Positions 38,020-51,375 of a stretch of 64,000 bases of DNA are shown piece by piece (position 1 is the first letter of the stretch; every line of letters starts with the position of its first letter). Origin of the DNA: Octopus vulgaris (lineage: Eukaryota). The notes beneath the pieces were generated by a model. That model did not search any database. It saw only the letters and a list, made by a program, of their open reading frames with translations, and was not told where the DNA came from. The translations under genes were made by a program, and so were the position numbers. The stretch covers positions 44,888,001 to 44,952,000 of the forward strand of contig OX597821.1 of the NCBI GenBank assembly GCA_951406725.2, read 5' to 3'.

Positions 38020-38445
38020 CAACTCATAAAACTACACCTTCCTATCACACAACACTCTACTTTCCCCAATTCACTACATTATCTCTTTTTATTCTATCTC
38101 ACAACACCTTCCCAACTCACAAAGCTACAATTTCCACAACACAATACCTTTCCTACTCTCAACACTACCCCTTACTATCTCACAACTCTACCCCTTCCTA
38201 ACTCACAACACTACACCTACCCAACTCACAATACTAAACCTTCCTACTAAACCTTCCTATCTCACAACACTTCACCTTTTCAGCTCACAACACTACACCC
38301 CTTTCAATCTCAAATCACATCTATCCAGCTCACAGCTCCACACCTTCCTATCTCACAACAATACACTTTTCTAACTCAGAACATACCAGCTATCTAACAA
38401 ACAACACTACATCTTTTCAACTCACAACACTACACCTTCCAACAC
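38020..38445. repeat. Degenerate ~23 bp minisatellite (consensus approx. ctcacaacactacaccttcctat)
   Basis: Recurrent 'ctcacaacactacacc', 'ccttcctatctcacaaca' and 'aactcacaa'. The + strand is nearly G-free over ~420 bp. Confidence 0.8.
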
Positions 38446-38786
38446 AAAATAGATGGAAGGAAGGTTAGTGATATGACAGATAAATAAGAATAATGACATG
38501 ATAGAGAAACACGAGAAAGGAATACTTGTGTAAGATATGAATATAATATATTGTGGCTGAGCAATAAAAGGCAGAGTGAGAACTGCTTATAAAAGGTATT
38601 GCTAGATAAAGATGATAAGATGAATGAATTCAAACAATCTCAGTAAGCAACAGGGAATTAGAAGTATCACAAGATAAGAGGATGAACAAGTAATATGAGC
38701 TGGCTGTAGTTTGAGTGGAAGGGGGATAGGGTGAGTAAGAAATATAGAGGATTGACCTAAGGGAGAGGAAATTGGGAGAAATATCT

Positions 38787-38868
<82 letters not shown>

Positions 38869-39243
38869 TACATACATACGTACATACATACATACATACA
38901 TACATATACATAAATATATATATAAGAGTTAGGGAGGAGTAAAATGTTTTTGAGACATACAATCCCCAAAATACATAAATTATTGGCATGATAATAATGA
39001 AGATAATGATGAGAATAACAAGACAATACTAAACAATTAAAAGAAAAACACTGTTCATTTATAGAAAATCTCATCTGAAATAAGAAGCAAAGAATTGTGG
39101 TATGTTCTGTCAGGAATAATTAAATAGATCATGGAGAATTCTCTTACACTGATAGAAAATTTTCCATCTTTGATAGTAAAAACATCTCTACTCCATAATG
39201 TTTGAACAATAGACCAGTATGGTATAATTACACTGTCTTCTGC

Positions 39244-39303
<60 letters not shown>

Positions 39304-40571
39304 TTCTCTCTCTGCTGTCAGTGTACATCACAGTAATGGTCACTGCTTCTGAAGAACCAGATTTACCAGCCTAGGCTGTCAGCAAATGTGTTTAGCATAA
39401 TTTACCACATTCTTCCTTAACAAATTAACAATCTCCTTGTCAAGTCTAACAACTCCCACCCACACACCCACAAACACACACATGCATGTGTATACACACA
39501 CACACACACAAACACGCGCGCACACACACAATGTTGCCAAAACTGTATTCTTCCAAAGACTAGATTTTCTCTTTAGAATCAGAAAGAACTTCAGTTGCTA
39601 AAAAACATCTACATAAAATGAAGTAACACCCACATTCAAGTATTTCTATAGTACACAGGACAGTGTTACTGCTACATGCACACAGACATCCTACACTGTA
39701 ATCTAGGATATCTGACTGAAAAATATTTGTAGTATATCATAACTTGCAAACACACTTTTACTTCTTTCTGCTTCTTCAGTTACTAGCTATATAGGCCTCC
39801 TCTCCTCCTCTCATGCAACTATCTACATACTCCTTTCACTTAGGCTTGCTTATTACACCCTGTATGTCTCAGTTTTTTAGATCTTTCACTTAAACTTTAC
39901 TGTATCTTATAATTCTCCTACTTGGGTAATTCCTCTTGACATCCAGAAACATCTGCAGATGTTGCCCTACAGACACTCACCCTGAACATCAACTACATTA
40001 ATCTTATGAGAGTGGAAGAGCCAGCTCAGGTGGTCAGGTAACATCACTGTTATTCAAGTGATAGTATTCATTTGCAATCTTCAGTGAAAACATGTCTGGC
40101 CATTGAGCTGTTTTGAGAAAATATTATCTTGCTTTGAAACAGGTAAGAGGTGTGCAACAGGAAGAGCCTCTAAATGTAGAAAATCTGCCTTGATACACAG
40201 AAAAGTGGGGACTGAAACAATGACAATGAATATAGAAGACACAAAAACAAAAGGTTGTAGCATTGCCTGAAGGAACTGAATTTGCATAGAACCAACAAAT
40301 TGAAATACTGAGCAAAGCTGCCTTGTGGTGATCTGCTCCAACTCAGTTAAGACCCTTCACAACAGGTATATCTCTCTCCTGAAAGTTCATGATAATGTTG
40401 CCCCAGCATGGTCACAGTCAATGGACTGTAACGAGTAAAAGACTAAAAGAATACATAAAATGTCAATTACTTAATTATTACAAAAAACATTAATTTTGGT
40501 GGAAATAACAAAGACAATAACAGGGCTGAATTGAAATGTAGCCTTGGTTTGATATGAAATATCAGAATAGA

Positions 40572-40618
<47 letters not shown>

Positions 40619-40827
40619 GGTGTGTATGTGTGTGTGTGTGTAATACAAGAAAATGTTTTATGGGGTGTGGATGCTAGAGTTACTGGTGGCTAGTAGAAAA
40701 GCTACTTTACCATCCTTTCAAGATAGTCTTAAAGGTTCCATGCACTAATAACAAACCAAACTATGTGAAAGAAAGCCTGTTAAGAATACATATTTGTGTG
40801 TGTGTGGGGGGGGTGCATGTGTATTTG

Positions 40828-40864
<37 letters not shown>

Positions 40865-41194
40865 AGGTTATGTGTATTTATAAATGTCTGGGGTGAATGT
40901 ATGCTATAATATTTACATTTAAATTTATGTGGATTATGGCAGGGTGGGAGGAGGGGTATGTAATATATTTTCGGATGCCAGTAACCTTGTGTATGAGAGA
41001 GAGAGAGAGAGAGAGGTAGGAGATGAGAAAGAAGGCCTGCATGTACTCAAGCATAACTCTATATATGTATTTATGAAAGTGCATAAATGCATACACATAT
41101 ACATATATATATATATATATGTGCATATGTATGTGTGTGTGTGTATATATATATTTATATAAATATACATACATATATACATACACACACACAC

Positions 41195-41555
41195 TCTTGT
41201 TTCGGTCATCTGACTGTGGCCATGCTGGAGCTCCACCTTTAGCCAAGCAGATCGACCCCAGGACTTATTCTTTGTAAGCTTTGTATTTATTCTACCAGTT
41301 TCTTTTGTGGAACTGCTAAGTTATGGGGACATAAATACACCAGCGTCAGTTGTCAAGCAATGTTGGGGGGACAAACACAGACACACAAATACGCACACAT
41401 ACATATGACAAGCTTCTTTCAGTTTCTGTCTACCAAATCCACTCACAAGGCTTTGGTCGGCCTGAGGCTATAGTAGAAGACACGCAGTGGGACTGAACCT
41501 GGAAAGCATGTGGTTGGTAAGCAAGTTACTTACCACACAGCCACTCCTGCACCTA
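41195..41555 (-). mobile_element. tRNA-derived SINE
   Basis: Reverse complement of the 37203 family, ending 'ttaccacacagccactcctgcacct'. Confidence 0.8.
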
Positions 41556-41839
41556 TACATATATAAACACACATATATATTATATAGTAATTACACATAT
41601 ACATTACACAGGAATTATTTTAGACTTGAGTATACACCTGGTAGTGTGCCAATTAAAGCACATTCACCTGATGTCATCAACAGTATGGATATAAATACGA
41701 CTGGATTTACTTCAGGAAATCCTCCATGTCCATTGAATATATAACACAACAACCAGCTACAGGCAAGTAATGAAATGTATTATAATCGAACTAAGCAAAA
41801 CCAGGATGCACCACAACTAGTTGTCCAGCCAGGCCAAGT

Positions 41840-43845
41840 GTGACTTGGTGGTGGAACAAGAAGGTGGACAGCGCTATAAAAGCAAAAAGACAGATCTTAA
41901 AAAACTGCAAAAATGGTGGAAGCAAAGCATTATATCAGGGAGCCAGAAGGGAAGCTAGGTGACAGGTTTACATAGCAAAGTAGGATAGCAGAAGATAAGA
42001 AGTTTGCTAATGTTCTACAGTAAGAAGATCAGGGATGTAAGGTGTTCAGGATTGCAAAGTAGTGTATCAGAGAAAATAGAGATGTGGTAGGTGAGAAATG
42101 TGTGCGAATGGATAATGGTATGCTTGCACTTAGTGACTCAGGGAAGAAAGATGTGAGGAGATGCCATTATGAAAGGTTGTTAAATGTGGAGAATGACTGG
42201 GAGAAGGAGAGTCTTTCAAATATTGACCAGCCATCAGAATGGGTAGCAGTATAATAGATAAGGCAATTAAGAAAATGAAGACTGGGAAAGCCCCTGGACC
42301 ATTGGATATCACTGCCAAGATGATTGAAATATCAGGTAGTGTGGGATACAGCCTAATCACTCGCATAGTTAATCAGGTTATACATCAAAGACAGGTGAAG
42401 CAATATCGTAGCCAGCTGTTATAAGGGTAAAGGTGATGCCTTAGATACAAACAGCAAACTGTTGGATTAGGCCATGAAAATTACAGCGAGAGTTATATCA
42501 CAACTAAATGGGGATAGAATTAACCTAGATGAGATGCAGTTTGGTTTTGTACCTGGGAGAAGCACCACAGATGTCAACTACATAGTGAGACAGTTGCAAG
42601 AAAAGTATTTGGCGGTTGCACTTAGCCTTCATTGACCTGGAGAAAGTTTTTGACAGGGTTCCCAGCTCTCTTATCTGGTGGTCTCTAAGGCAGCTAGGAG
42701 TACAGGAGTGGCTTGTTAGAGCAGTTCAAGCCATGTACAGCGATGCTGTCAGTAAGGTGAGAGTTGACCTTGAATACAGTGATGAATTTAACATAAAAGT
42801 TGGAGTACACCAGGGATCAGTTCTTAGTCCACTCTTATTCATCATAGTTCTCCAAGCCATAACAGATGAATTCAAAACTGGATGCCCATGGGAACTATTA
42901 TATTTTGATGATCTTGCTCTTATTGCAGAATCTGAAGCAGAATTGGAAAAGTTCCAGGTTTGGAAGCAAAATCTGGAATCAAGGGCCTTAAAGTTAACTT
43001 AGCTAAGACTAAAGTTGCTATTAGCAAGAAAGGAGATAAGACTCTCATTCCGGCTGGCAAATGTCCCTGTGCAATATGTAGGAAAAGAGTAGGATATAAT
43101 TCCATTTGCTGCACCAAGTGTAAGTTATGAATGCATAAGAGATGCAGTGGAATCATAGGAAGTTTATCAGATTAGGTCGCTTTCATGTGTGGCAGATGTG
43201 CAGGAACAGTAAGTACTAAGAGCATGAGGGACTTAAACTCTCTCAAATGCTCAGGAGACTCTCTTGAGGTAGTAGATAGTTTCTGCTGTTTAGGTGATCA
43301 AATTAGTAATGGTGGTGGATGTTCTGAAAGTATTGTTTCTAGAATAAGAACAGGGTGGAGGAAGTTCAGAGAACTACTAACTCTGTTGGCAGCAAAAGGA
43401 CTCTCTCCCAGAGTGAAAGGTTGGTTGAATGTTACTTGTGTGAGAACGGCTATGTTATATAGTTGTGAGACATGGGCTTTGACTGCAGAGGACATGCATA
43501 GGCTGGAGAGGAATGACGGTAGTATGCTCTGTTGGATATGCAATATCAGTGTGCATGACCGACAAAGCACAGCTGTGTTGAGAGAAAAGTTAGGCATAAG
43601 AGGGATTAAATGTGGTATGCAGGAGAGGAGACTGCGTTGGTTTGGATATGTGTTGCATATGAGTGAAGACAGCTGTATACAGAAGTGCCTGTCATTGTAA
43701 GTGGATGGTACTTGTGGAAGAGGGAGATCCAAGAAGACATGGGATGAAGTAGTAAGGACTGATCTTAGGATGTTGGGACTTATGGAGGAAATAACAGTGG
43801 ACCGAGATGTTTGGAGATATGAAGTTCTAGAGAAGACTCGGCCAT
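41840..43845 (+). mobile_element. Degenerate RTE-clade LINE (RT domain with an embedded PHD-like finger)
   Basis: KMKTGKAPGP, QFGFVPGRSTTD, AFIDLEKVFDRVP, GVHQGSVLSPLLF, LLYFDDLAL, MLYSCETW and RRLRWFG, with multiple stops and frameshifts. Confidence 0.92.
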
Positions 43846-46800
43846 GAAACTGAGTGTTAGAAGAGTTGTGTCACACCCATTCTACCCTAAGAAATCAAAC
43901 TACAGCTCCTCTCCTAACTGCATCTTTGTCTTCTTCACATTTTCTCTTCATAAATTATGATTGTTTTCCAATCCCCTTTCTTGCCCTCACTGTATTGCTG
44001 CTCCCACACTTCCAACACCCACACCCTATTTTTCAAACCAGGTTCTATGCTCATATTCTTGTTACTTGTGAGTACACTCTAGCATTACACCATCTCACTT
44101 CTGCTCTCTCTCTTACACTTTTGCTGTTTCCTACTCTCTCTATTCCCTTTCATCACTCTCTCTCTCCTTCTCTTGATTTTCCTCTACCTCTCTCTTACTC
44201 TGTATATCTCTCTCTCTCTCACTGGGTAACCATGTACCTCCTCTACAGCAAGACACCTATTTCTGCCTCTCTATTTCTCTGTTACACACTAACCTTTCAT
44301 CATTTGATACTGGATCACCTCCTATAATGCCCCCTCTGTTGTGGCAAGACACCTGCTTATGTCTCTCTGTCTCTTTGTCACACTCCAACCTTTCATCCTC
44401 TTGTCTTGTGAGTTACTTGGTTACTCTGCCAGTGCTGGTGCTATGTTAAAAGCATCCAGTCCACACTGTAATGTGGTTGGTGCTTGGAAAGGCATTCAGC
44501 TGTAAAAATCATGCCAAAACTAACATTACCTGTGCTAGTGCCATGTAAAAAGCACTGAGTCCACTCTGTGGAGTGATTGGTGTCAGGAAGGGCATCCAGC
44601 TGTAAAATCCCTGCAAAACAGACAGAATAGCCTAGGGTAGTTTTCCTACCAGTCTGGCTCCTGTCAACTGTCCTACCTATGCATGCATGGAAGATGGATG
44701 TTAAACAATGATGATAATAGCAATGATATATATATATATAAAAACATGAGACTAGAAAATTTTGTGACATTATTTATTCACTATTAAATGTTTCATTTTC
44801 TAATGGGAATTACAAAATTGTACATGTAATAGAAAACATTTTCAACTCTTAGACATACCTCTCACAAACATAACATCTACATACAACTTTGAAGTACAGG
44901 AATAAGCAGGATCACAATCCTATCTGCATTGTTTAGGCACAATGATTGATAGATTGATTAATTGATAGGCAGGCAGGCAAGCAGATAGTTAGATATAGAT
45001 ATAGATATAAGAGCAATAGATATAAAGTTAGGTGAACATATTCCATGCAATACTCAATAAATTCTTCATTTATTGAAATTTTAATTGCAGACAAGGAAAG
45101 CAAAAATCAGACAGGTCTCACTCCCTGTTGCATTCCTAGTTACATTGTGGGCAAAGTTCAGTGAATTTAAGAGATCTATTGCTATCTGTATTCACATGGA
45201 CAGTATAGTTAGAGTGAGAAAAAGGGATAAGTAATATGGGCACAAGTGAAAAGGCCAAGGATGACAAATGGGTAGCAGTGATATGACTGAGAGATAGGTG
45301 AGTGATGAGAGGGATGTGTGGTAAGAGAGGCAAGTGACAGATATATTAGAAGGATGGGAGGCTATCCAGGAGACCCAAGATTTGACCTTGACAGTATGTA
45401 TGGAGGCTGAGAGTAGAAACAGACTGGCCAGGAGAAGAGGGCTTTGGTGTGGGAGTTGTGTTATTTAGAATGACACTCTGAGTCTTTCAAAGGATAGGCA
45501 ATGAAGCTGCCTAGGCACCAAAATTAGGTTGTAGTCATGAGAAAGTCAAAAGAAGGGAGGGTGTTGCAGTGTTTAATTCACAGATGACCTCAGTTCTCTA
45601 GGTGTTAACTATTAAGCCCATTTTTTCCTAAAGTGTAACCACCAGTGAAAAGATGACCTAGAGCACTCTGGTATCTGACCTATCTGAGTACAAACTTCGA
45701 TATGTTATAACCCAAGGATCTGTTCAAATCTAAAGTTGGTGATGGCTTGCTGCCTTCTCATGTTGAAAAGATTTCTGTCAGGTCACAAATTGATAGTGGC
45801 ACATGCCTCTCTTTTTATTCTGTGCTCTTGAGCGCTACTGGTAACATGTAAACCAGTACAACCTGTCACATGGTCGGGTCGTTGGCGACTAAATTGGCAA
45901 CTCCATCAAGCTTGCTTGATGAGGAGGGTGATTGTTGGACACTCTGTGGGATGAAAAATAAGACCCATCAAAGGGTGGAAGAACTACTGTGTAGTCAATG
46001 GCCAAGTCAACAAGTACCTTGTCACAGTGAAGTGCCTGTGTGCTCCATTGACCCAGAGAACTATGCTGGAGAGAGAGAAATCTTCAGGCAGGTCGAAGGG
46101 TAGGAGACGGACAAAACCATAATGCCAATAAATTGAAGTGTCGGCAGCAGGGTGTGGATTTAGTTATCGGCAGGACCTAACAGATCAGATTCCTGGCTTT
46201 GAACTAGCAGGATATCATGCGGAGGATCTTGAATACAAGACAATGGATAGGACCCTCATATTCATGGTTAGGTGGAAACTGCGGGATCACATGGAGTAGC
46301 ACCCTGTGACTCCTATAGTATGTGCAACTGAAACCCCTATGGGGGCATCCTATGCGACAACCTAGATGAGATAGATGACCACACAGGAGCCAGTGTGCAA
46401 CCTTTCTTAGCTCCCATTTTATACTGACAAGCTCAGATTTCTACTCTCCAACAATTCAAACCATCATCCCTATGTGGACGTAATGGTGGAGACTTGTGAA
46501 TATATGCAGGAACCAAACTTTCTGAGAACATCTAAAGTACCACAAAGCAAAACTCACACAAACAACAAATAAACACACAGAGAACAGGCTTCTGCACAGT
46601 CTCCTTTTACTAAACTCCATTCACAAAATTTTGATCATATTGAGGCTAAAGCAAAAGACACTTAGCCAAAGTGCTATGCAATGGGATTGAACGCAGGGCT
46701 GCATGGTTGCAAAGCAAATGCCTTACCCACCTAGCCATAGCTGCACCTATTCTTAACAACAGAGCCATACATGTGACCATATTTAATTATAATACTAAAC

Positions 46801-48633
46801 ACTTCTCATTACAGTAACCACCATAGATATGCCAATGACATTTACAGGTAGGTTTTTATGGTAATATTTTGCAGTTTTGGGATGGCCTACCTATTTTACA
46901 GCTTGGTATTACTGAGGTGAGTGTACAATAATGTACTTTATTGAAGAACACATCTCTAATGACAGAATTTTAGCTTACAAATATTAATGTCAGTAGTCCC
47001 CTAGCTATACCTATGTTTCTTGGCTTATCAAACACTGACAAAGATGGAAAAGCTTAGTTGTTGCCAGTTGTATGTATTGTAAGGTTAGTTTAAAAAAAAA
47101 AAAACCCAAAAAACCTGCCCACAAATTAATGACCCTAGCATTACGTCTACATTGAGAAGAAGACATTCTGGAGCATGTAAAGATTATGTTTATGTTCTCG
47201 CTGTCACATGGTAGGAATTCATTAAAAAAAAAAAATAATGAAAATAAAGATAAAAAAGTAATGACAGCTGTAAAAGATATCTCCTCTAACAAAACTTATG
47301 ATAGAGTTACAATGTATATTTTTAGCTATATCTATACATATTCAGTTTTATAAATATCACTTTAAGCAATGCAAAGCTCTTATTAAAATTGGATTGTGAC
47401 ATAAGAAGTATAACAGTGAAATATATTTCATTGGTAAAATGTGATAGTGACCACATTTCAATTGAAATAATAGGAATTATAATGAAACAAGACTATAAAA
47501 ATAGTATTAAAATCACAATTATAGCCTTGCAAAAAGATATTTAATGTATCGTATGTAGATGCAAAACAAATTTACTCGACTAAATTCTATATTTTTATTT
47601 TTGAAGTAGTTGTTATTAAATTTTGCTATCAATTTTATTTTCATCTAAATGTACATCCTATATATCCTACAAACATACATACATGTATATCTTTATATAT
47701 ATATATACACACACATATATATACATAGACTTATCAACATCCTTAAGTGATTTACAACAGCAGTACACACACACACACAGAGTAATAAATAAGTAATGGT
47801 TAGCAACGATAAGTCTCTAAAATAAGATTTGATAATGGAACTCTGGAGTACATCATACTAAAATAATACTTCCAAATAAAAATTAAAAAAACGAAAAACA
47901 AAACCAGTTTATTATGAGAAGTTTCTAATAGTTGTAGCCTTGATCTATATGATATGTAAGTTAGCAGAATATCACCAGGTCAGCATCTGTAAAAGCTGAG
48001 GGCAACACGTTAGTTGTAACTTGATATCAATCTCTTTGCTCAAATGCTTTCTGTTACTAAGAACTGGAAGCTGGTAAAAGTATTCTTAAGTAGCACTGCT
48101 ACTACATTGCTGTTGTAGTCTCAAATATATTAGAGATGCTAAATTGTCTTTTAATTTCTCTTTGAGGAGCTTTTCCATATTATGTTGGGTACCAAGGTAG
48201 GCATCATTCCTATGCTTCAGGAATTTATCCTATTAAACAGAAATATCATTGCTATGTTGACCTCCCACTAGCATGAAAACAGTCTCACATTGATAAGAAT
48301 TGAAACTATGAAGTCCCCAGAGATTCTATAGATATAATATCAATCTTAATTTCAAAAGACCACATTTTACTTCATGAAACAATCAGCTGTAGATTGTTAA
48401 ACTACTACTAATACCTAGAAAATAAACTTCCAAAGTATTTCGGGGAAGATTTGCCTTACTAATTGCTATAGGAACAGGCATGGCTGAGAGGTTGAGAAGC
48501 TCACTTAGCAACTACATGGTTTCAGGTTCAATCCCACTGTACTATACCTTGGGCAAGTATCTTCTACAATAGTCCTGGGCTGACCAATACCTTGTGAGTG
48601 AATTTGGTAGCTTGAAACTGTGTGGAAGCCCTG

Positions 48634-48688
<55 letters not shown>

Positions 48689-48939
48689 GCCCTTTGTGGA
48701 TGCAAAACCACTGGTCACTCTATGACCAGACATAAACTTAACTACTTATAAATATATATATATTCTTTTATTTGTTTCAATCATTTGACTGCAGCCATAC
48801 TGAAGTATTGCCTTGAAGGGTTTTTTTTGTTAAACAAATTGACCCCAAGCCTTTTTTAAACCCAGTAATTATTCTATGATGGGGGGGGGGGACAAACACA
48901 GACACAAACAGGCACACACACACACACACACACATATAG

Positions 48940-49001
<62 letters not shown>

Positions 49002-49382
49002 AAACAATACTGGGAGGATGAGAAACGGAACGAAACGAAGACTCGAACGAACCCGACGCAAAGCGCTGTCAGACAATAGTGTAATAAATAAAATATATGC
49101 ATACATACAAACATATATGTACGTACAGACATCTACATGTATATATACATGCATAGGGTAATAAGAATTATAGAAATTTTTATTACCAGTGGCCTAGCGC
49201 ATAAAAAAAGTTAGTCAATAGACTATATATTATATAAAAAATATCGTGTATATTAAAACACATTAAGAGGCTTCCATCATAGGAAAGCCTTGCACTAGAA
49301 AGAGCAGTAAACAACTCAAAGCACTAATTAGGGATAAATTCACGAAGGGAAAGAAAATTAAAAACATTTACCATCTAATTTA

Positions 49383-49454
49383 GTTCCTAAACCATGGTTT
49401 CTGACTTACTTCAGTAAAAAAATTTACCAAAGCCAGTCTTCATCAGTAGGTAGC
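49383..49454 (-). ncRNA. Second hammerhead copy in the opposite arm
   Basis: Reverse complement reads gctaccta CTGATGA agactggctttggtaaa...ttactgaagtaagtca GAAA ccatgg TT|tagg. GUU triplet; stem II has some mismatches. Confidence 0.65.
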
Positions 49455-49637
49455 CTTTAGATTTTAAATATACACACAACGAGATTGATTTCGCATGTAA
49501 ACTCATTATCTATATATTCTAACTTTTCAAATCCACTGCGCAGACGGAGCTTATTTCCGGCAACAGAGAGGATGCTGGTAAAACCTCGAATAAATTTATC
49601 AAAAATCATTCATTGTGTGTATATTTAAAATCTAAAG

Positions 49638-49708
49638 GCTACCTACTGATGAAGACTGGCTTCAGTAAATTTTTTACTGAAATAAGTCAGAAACCATGGT
49701 CTAGGAGC
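49638..49708 (+). ncRNA. Minimal type I hammerhead ribozyme (Penelope-type, palindromic stem III)
   Basis: gct-a-ccta CTGATGA a-gact-ggc-ttcagtaaa...tttactgaa-ata-agtc-a GAAA ccatgg TC|tagg-agc. Stem I is ccta/tagg plus gct/agc, stem II is long, stem III is the ACCATGGT palindrome, and the GUC cleavage site falls after 49701. There is a non-canonical A.A at the base of stem II. Confidence 0.75.
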
Positions 49709-50059
49709 TAAATTAGATGGTAAATGCTTTTAATTTTCTTTCCCTTCGTGAATTTATCCCTAATTACTGGTTTGAGTTGTTTACTGCTCTTTCTAGCGCA
49801 AGGTTTTCCTATGATGGAAGCCTCTTAATGTGTTTTAATATACACAATATTTTTAGATGAATAATATATAGTCTATTGACTAATGTTTTTTTTGTGCTAG
49901 GCCACTTGTAATAAACATTTCTATAATTCTTATTACCCTAATATTACTTATTATGTTTAAATGATTTCTGATAAATTTATTCGAGGTTTTACCAGCATCC
50001 TCTCTGTAGCATAGTGCTACAAGTACAGACATATATCACAGCAGATGAGAACCATCTGA

Positions 50060-51105
50060 AATGTGCAGAAAACAGACTCTACCAACTGCCAGTGGGGCAA
50101 GCTAGAGGTAGTAGATAGCTTCCGTTATCTAGGTGACCAAGTTAGTAGTGGAGGTGGATGCTCCGAGAGCATTGTTGTGAGAATAAGATTAGGTTGGGCA
50201 AAGTTCAGAGAGCTCCTACCCCTGCTGGCAACAAAGAGCCTCTCTCTCAAAGGCAGATTGCGTGATGCCTGTGTGCGAACAGCTATGCTGCATGGCAGTG
50301 AAACATGGGCTATGACAGGCGAGGACATGTGTAGGCTTGAAAGAAATGAAGCCAGTATGCTTCGCTGGTTGTGCTATGTCAGTGTGCATGTTTGACAGAG
50401 TGTAAGCATCTTAAGAGAAAAGTTAGGCATAAGAGGAATCAGATGGGGTGTGCAAGAGAGATGACTGCACTGGTATAGTCATGTGATGTGTATGAATGAG
50501 GACAGTTGTGTAAAGAAGTGCCGATCTCTAACTGTGGAGGGAGCCTGTGGTAGAGGTAGACCCAGGAAGACATGGGACGAGGTGGTGAAGCATGATCTTC
50601 GAACTTTGAGCCTCACAGCGGCAATGACTGATGACCAAGACCTTTGGTGATGTGCTATGCTTGAGAAGACCTGTCAAGCCAAGTGTACCCAGCTGATGGC
50701 ACATAAAGAACGTCTTTTGAATATTGGGCTTTATAGAGGCAAAGTGGCTGAGTTCCTTTTGAGTGTTGGGCTTCACAAATGTAATGACCAAAGCCCTTAG
50801 CATTATGTCATGCTTGAGAAGAAGACCCATCAAGCTGAGCAAAATCCCAGTCATGGCAGATACTGGTTTCATGCAAATTGGTACCCATGCTGGTGGTATG
50901 TAAACACAGCCTGGTGTCATACCGGTGTCACATAAAAGCACCCATGACACTCTCAGAGTGGTTGGCATTAGGAAGGGCATCCAGCTATAGAAAACCATAC
51001 CAAATCAGACTGGAGTCTGATGCAGCCTTCCGGTGTGCCAGCCCAGTCAAACCATCCAACTTATGCCAGCATGGACAACGGACATTAAATGATGATGATG
51101 ATGAT
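50060..51105 (+). mobile_element. RTE LINE 3' portion with 3' UTR and (GAT)n tail
   Basis: LEVVDSFRYLGDQVSSGGG...MLHGSETW...GRGRPRKTW, an internally repeated 'tgcttgagaagacc' UTR and the tail 'ggacattaaatgatgatgatg'. Confidence 0.88.
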
Positions 51106-51328
51106 ACACACGTGCACACACACACACTGATGAAAGATGTAAACATCAACAAGATGAAGTGGTGATTCTGAAGTTTGTTCTGTCAGTGTTTAACACCAGA
51201 AGCATAAATATATTGAATCAAAAACAGTTCATAGTGGCACCTGTAACTAACGAAACAATTGTTTATAAGGTATAATATAAATTAAGAAAGAAAAGAAGTG
51301 GTGATGTTGTACAAAATGTCTCGTGCAT

Positions 51329-51375
<47 letters not shown>

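Larger units (their letters stand above)
49154..50007. repeat. Interlocked fold-back element: arms A 49154-49480 / A' 49613-49940 and B 49563-49610 / B' 49961-50007
   Basis: 'tagggtaataagaattatagaaat...aaatatacacacaa' is the reverse complement of 'ttgtgtgtatattt...atttctataattcttattacccta'. 'acagagaggatgctggtaaaacctcgaataaatttatca' is the reverse complement of 'tgataaatttattcgaggttttaccagcatcctctctgt'. Confidence 0.95.

Noticed and set aside
38020-38445. CRISPR-like array
   Set aside because: Degenerate tandem units without unique spacers, eukaryotic context and no cas genes.
43854-44327. 157 aa Leu/Ser/His-rich ORF
   Set aside because: Pyrimidine-rich low-complexity sequence downstream of the RTE element, with no protein motifs.
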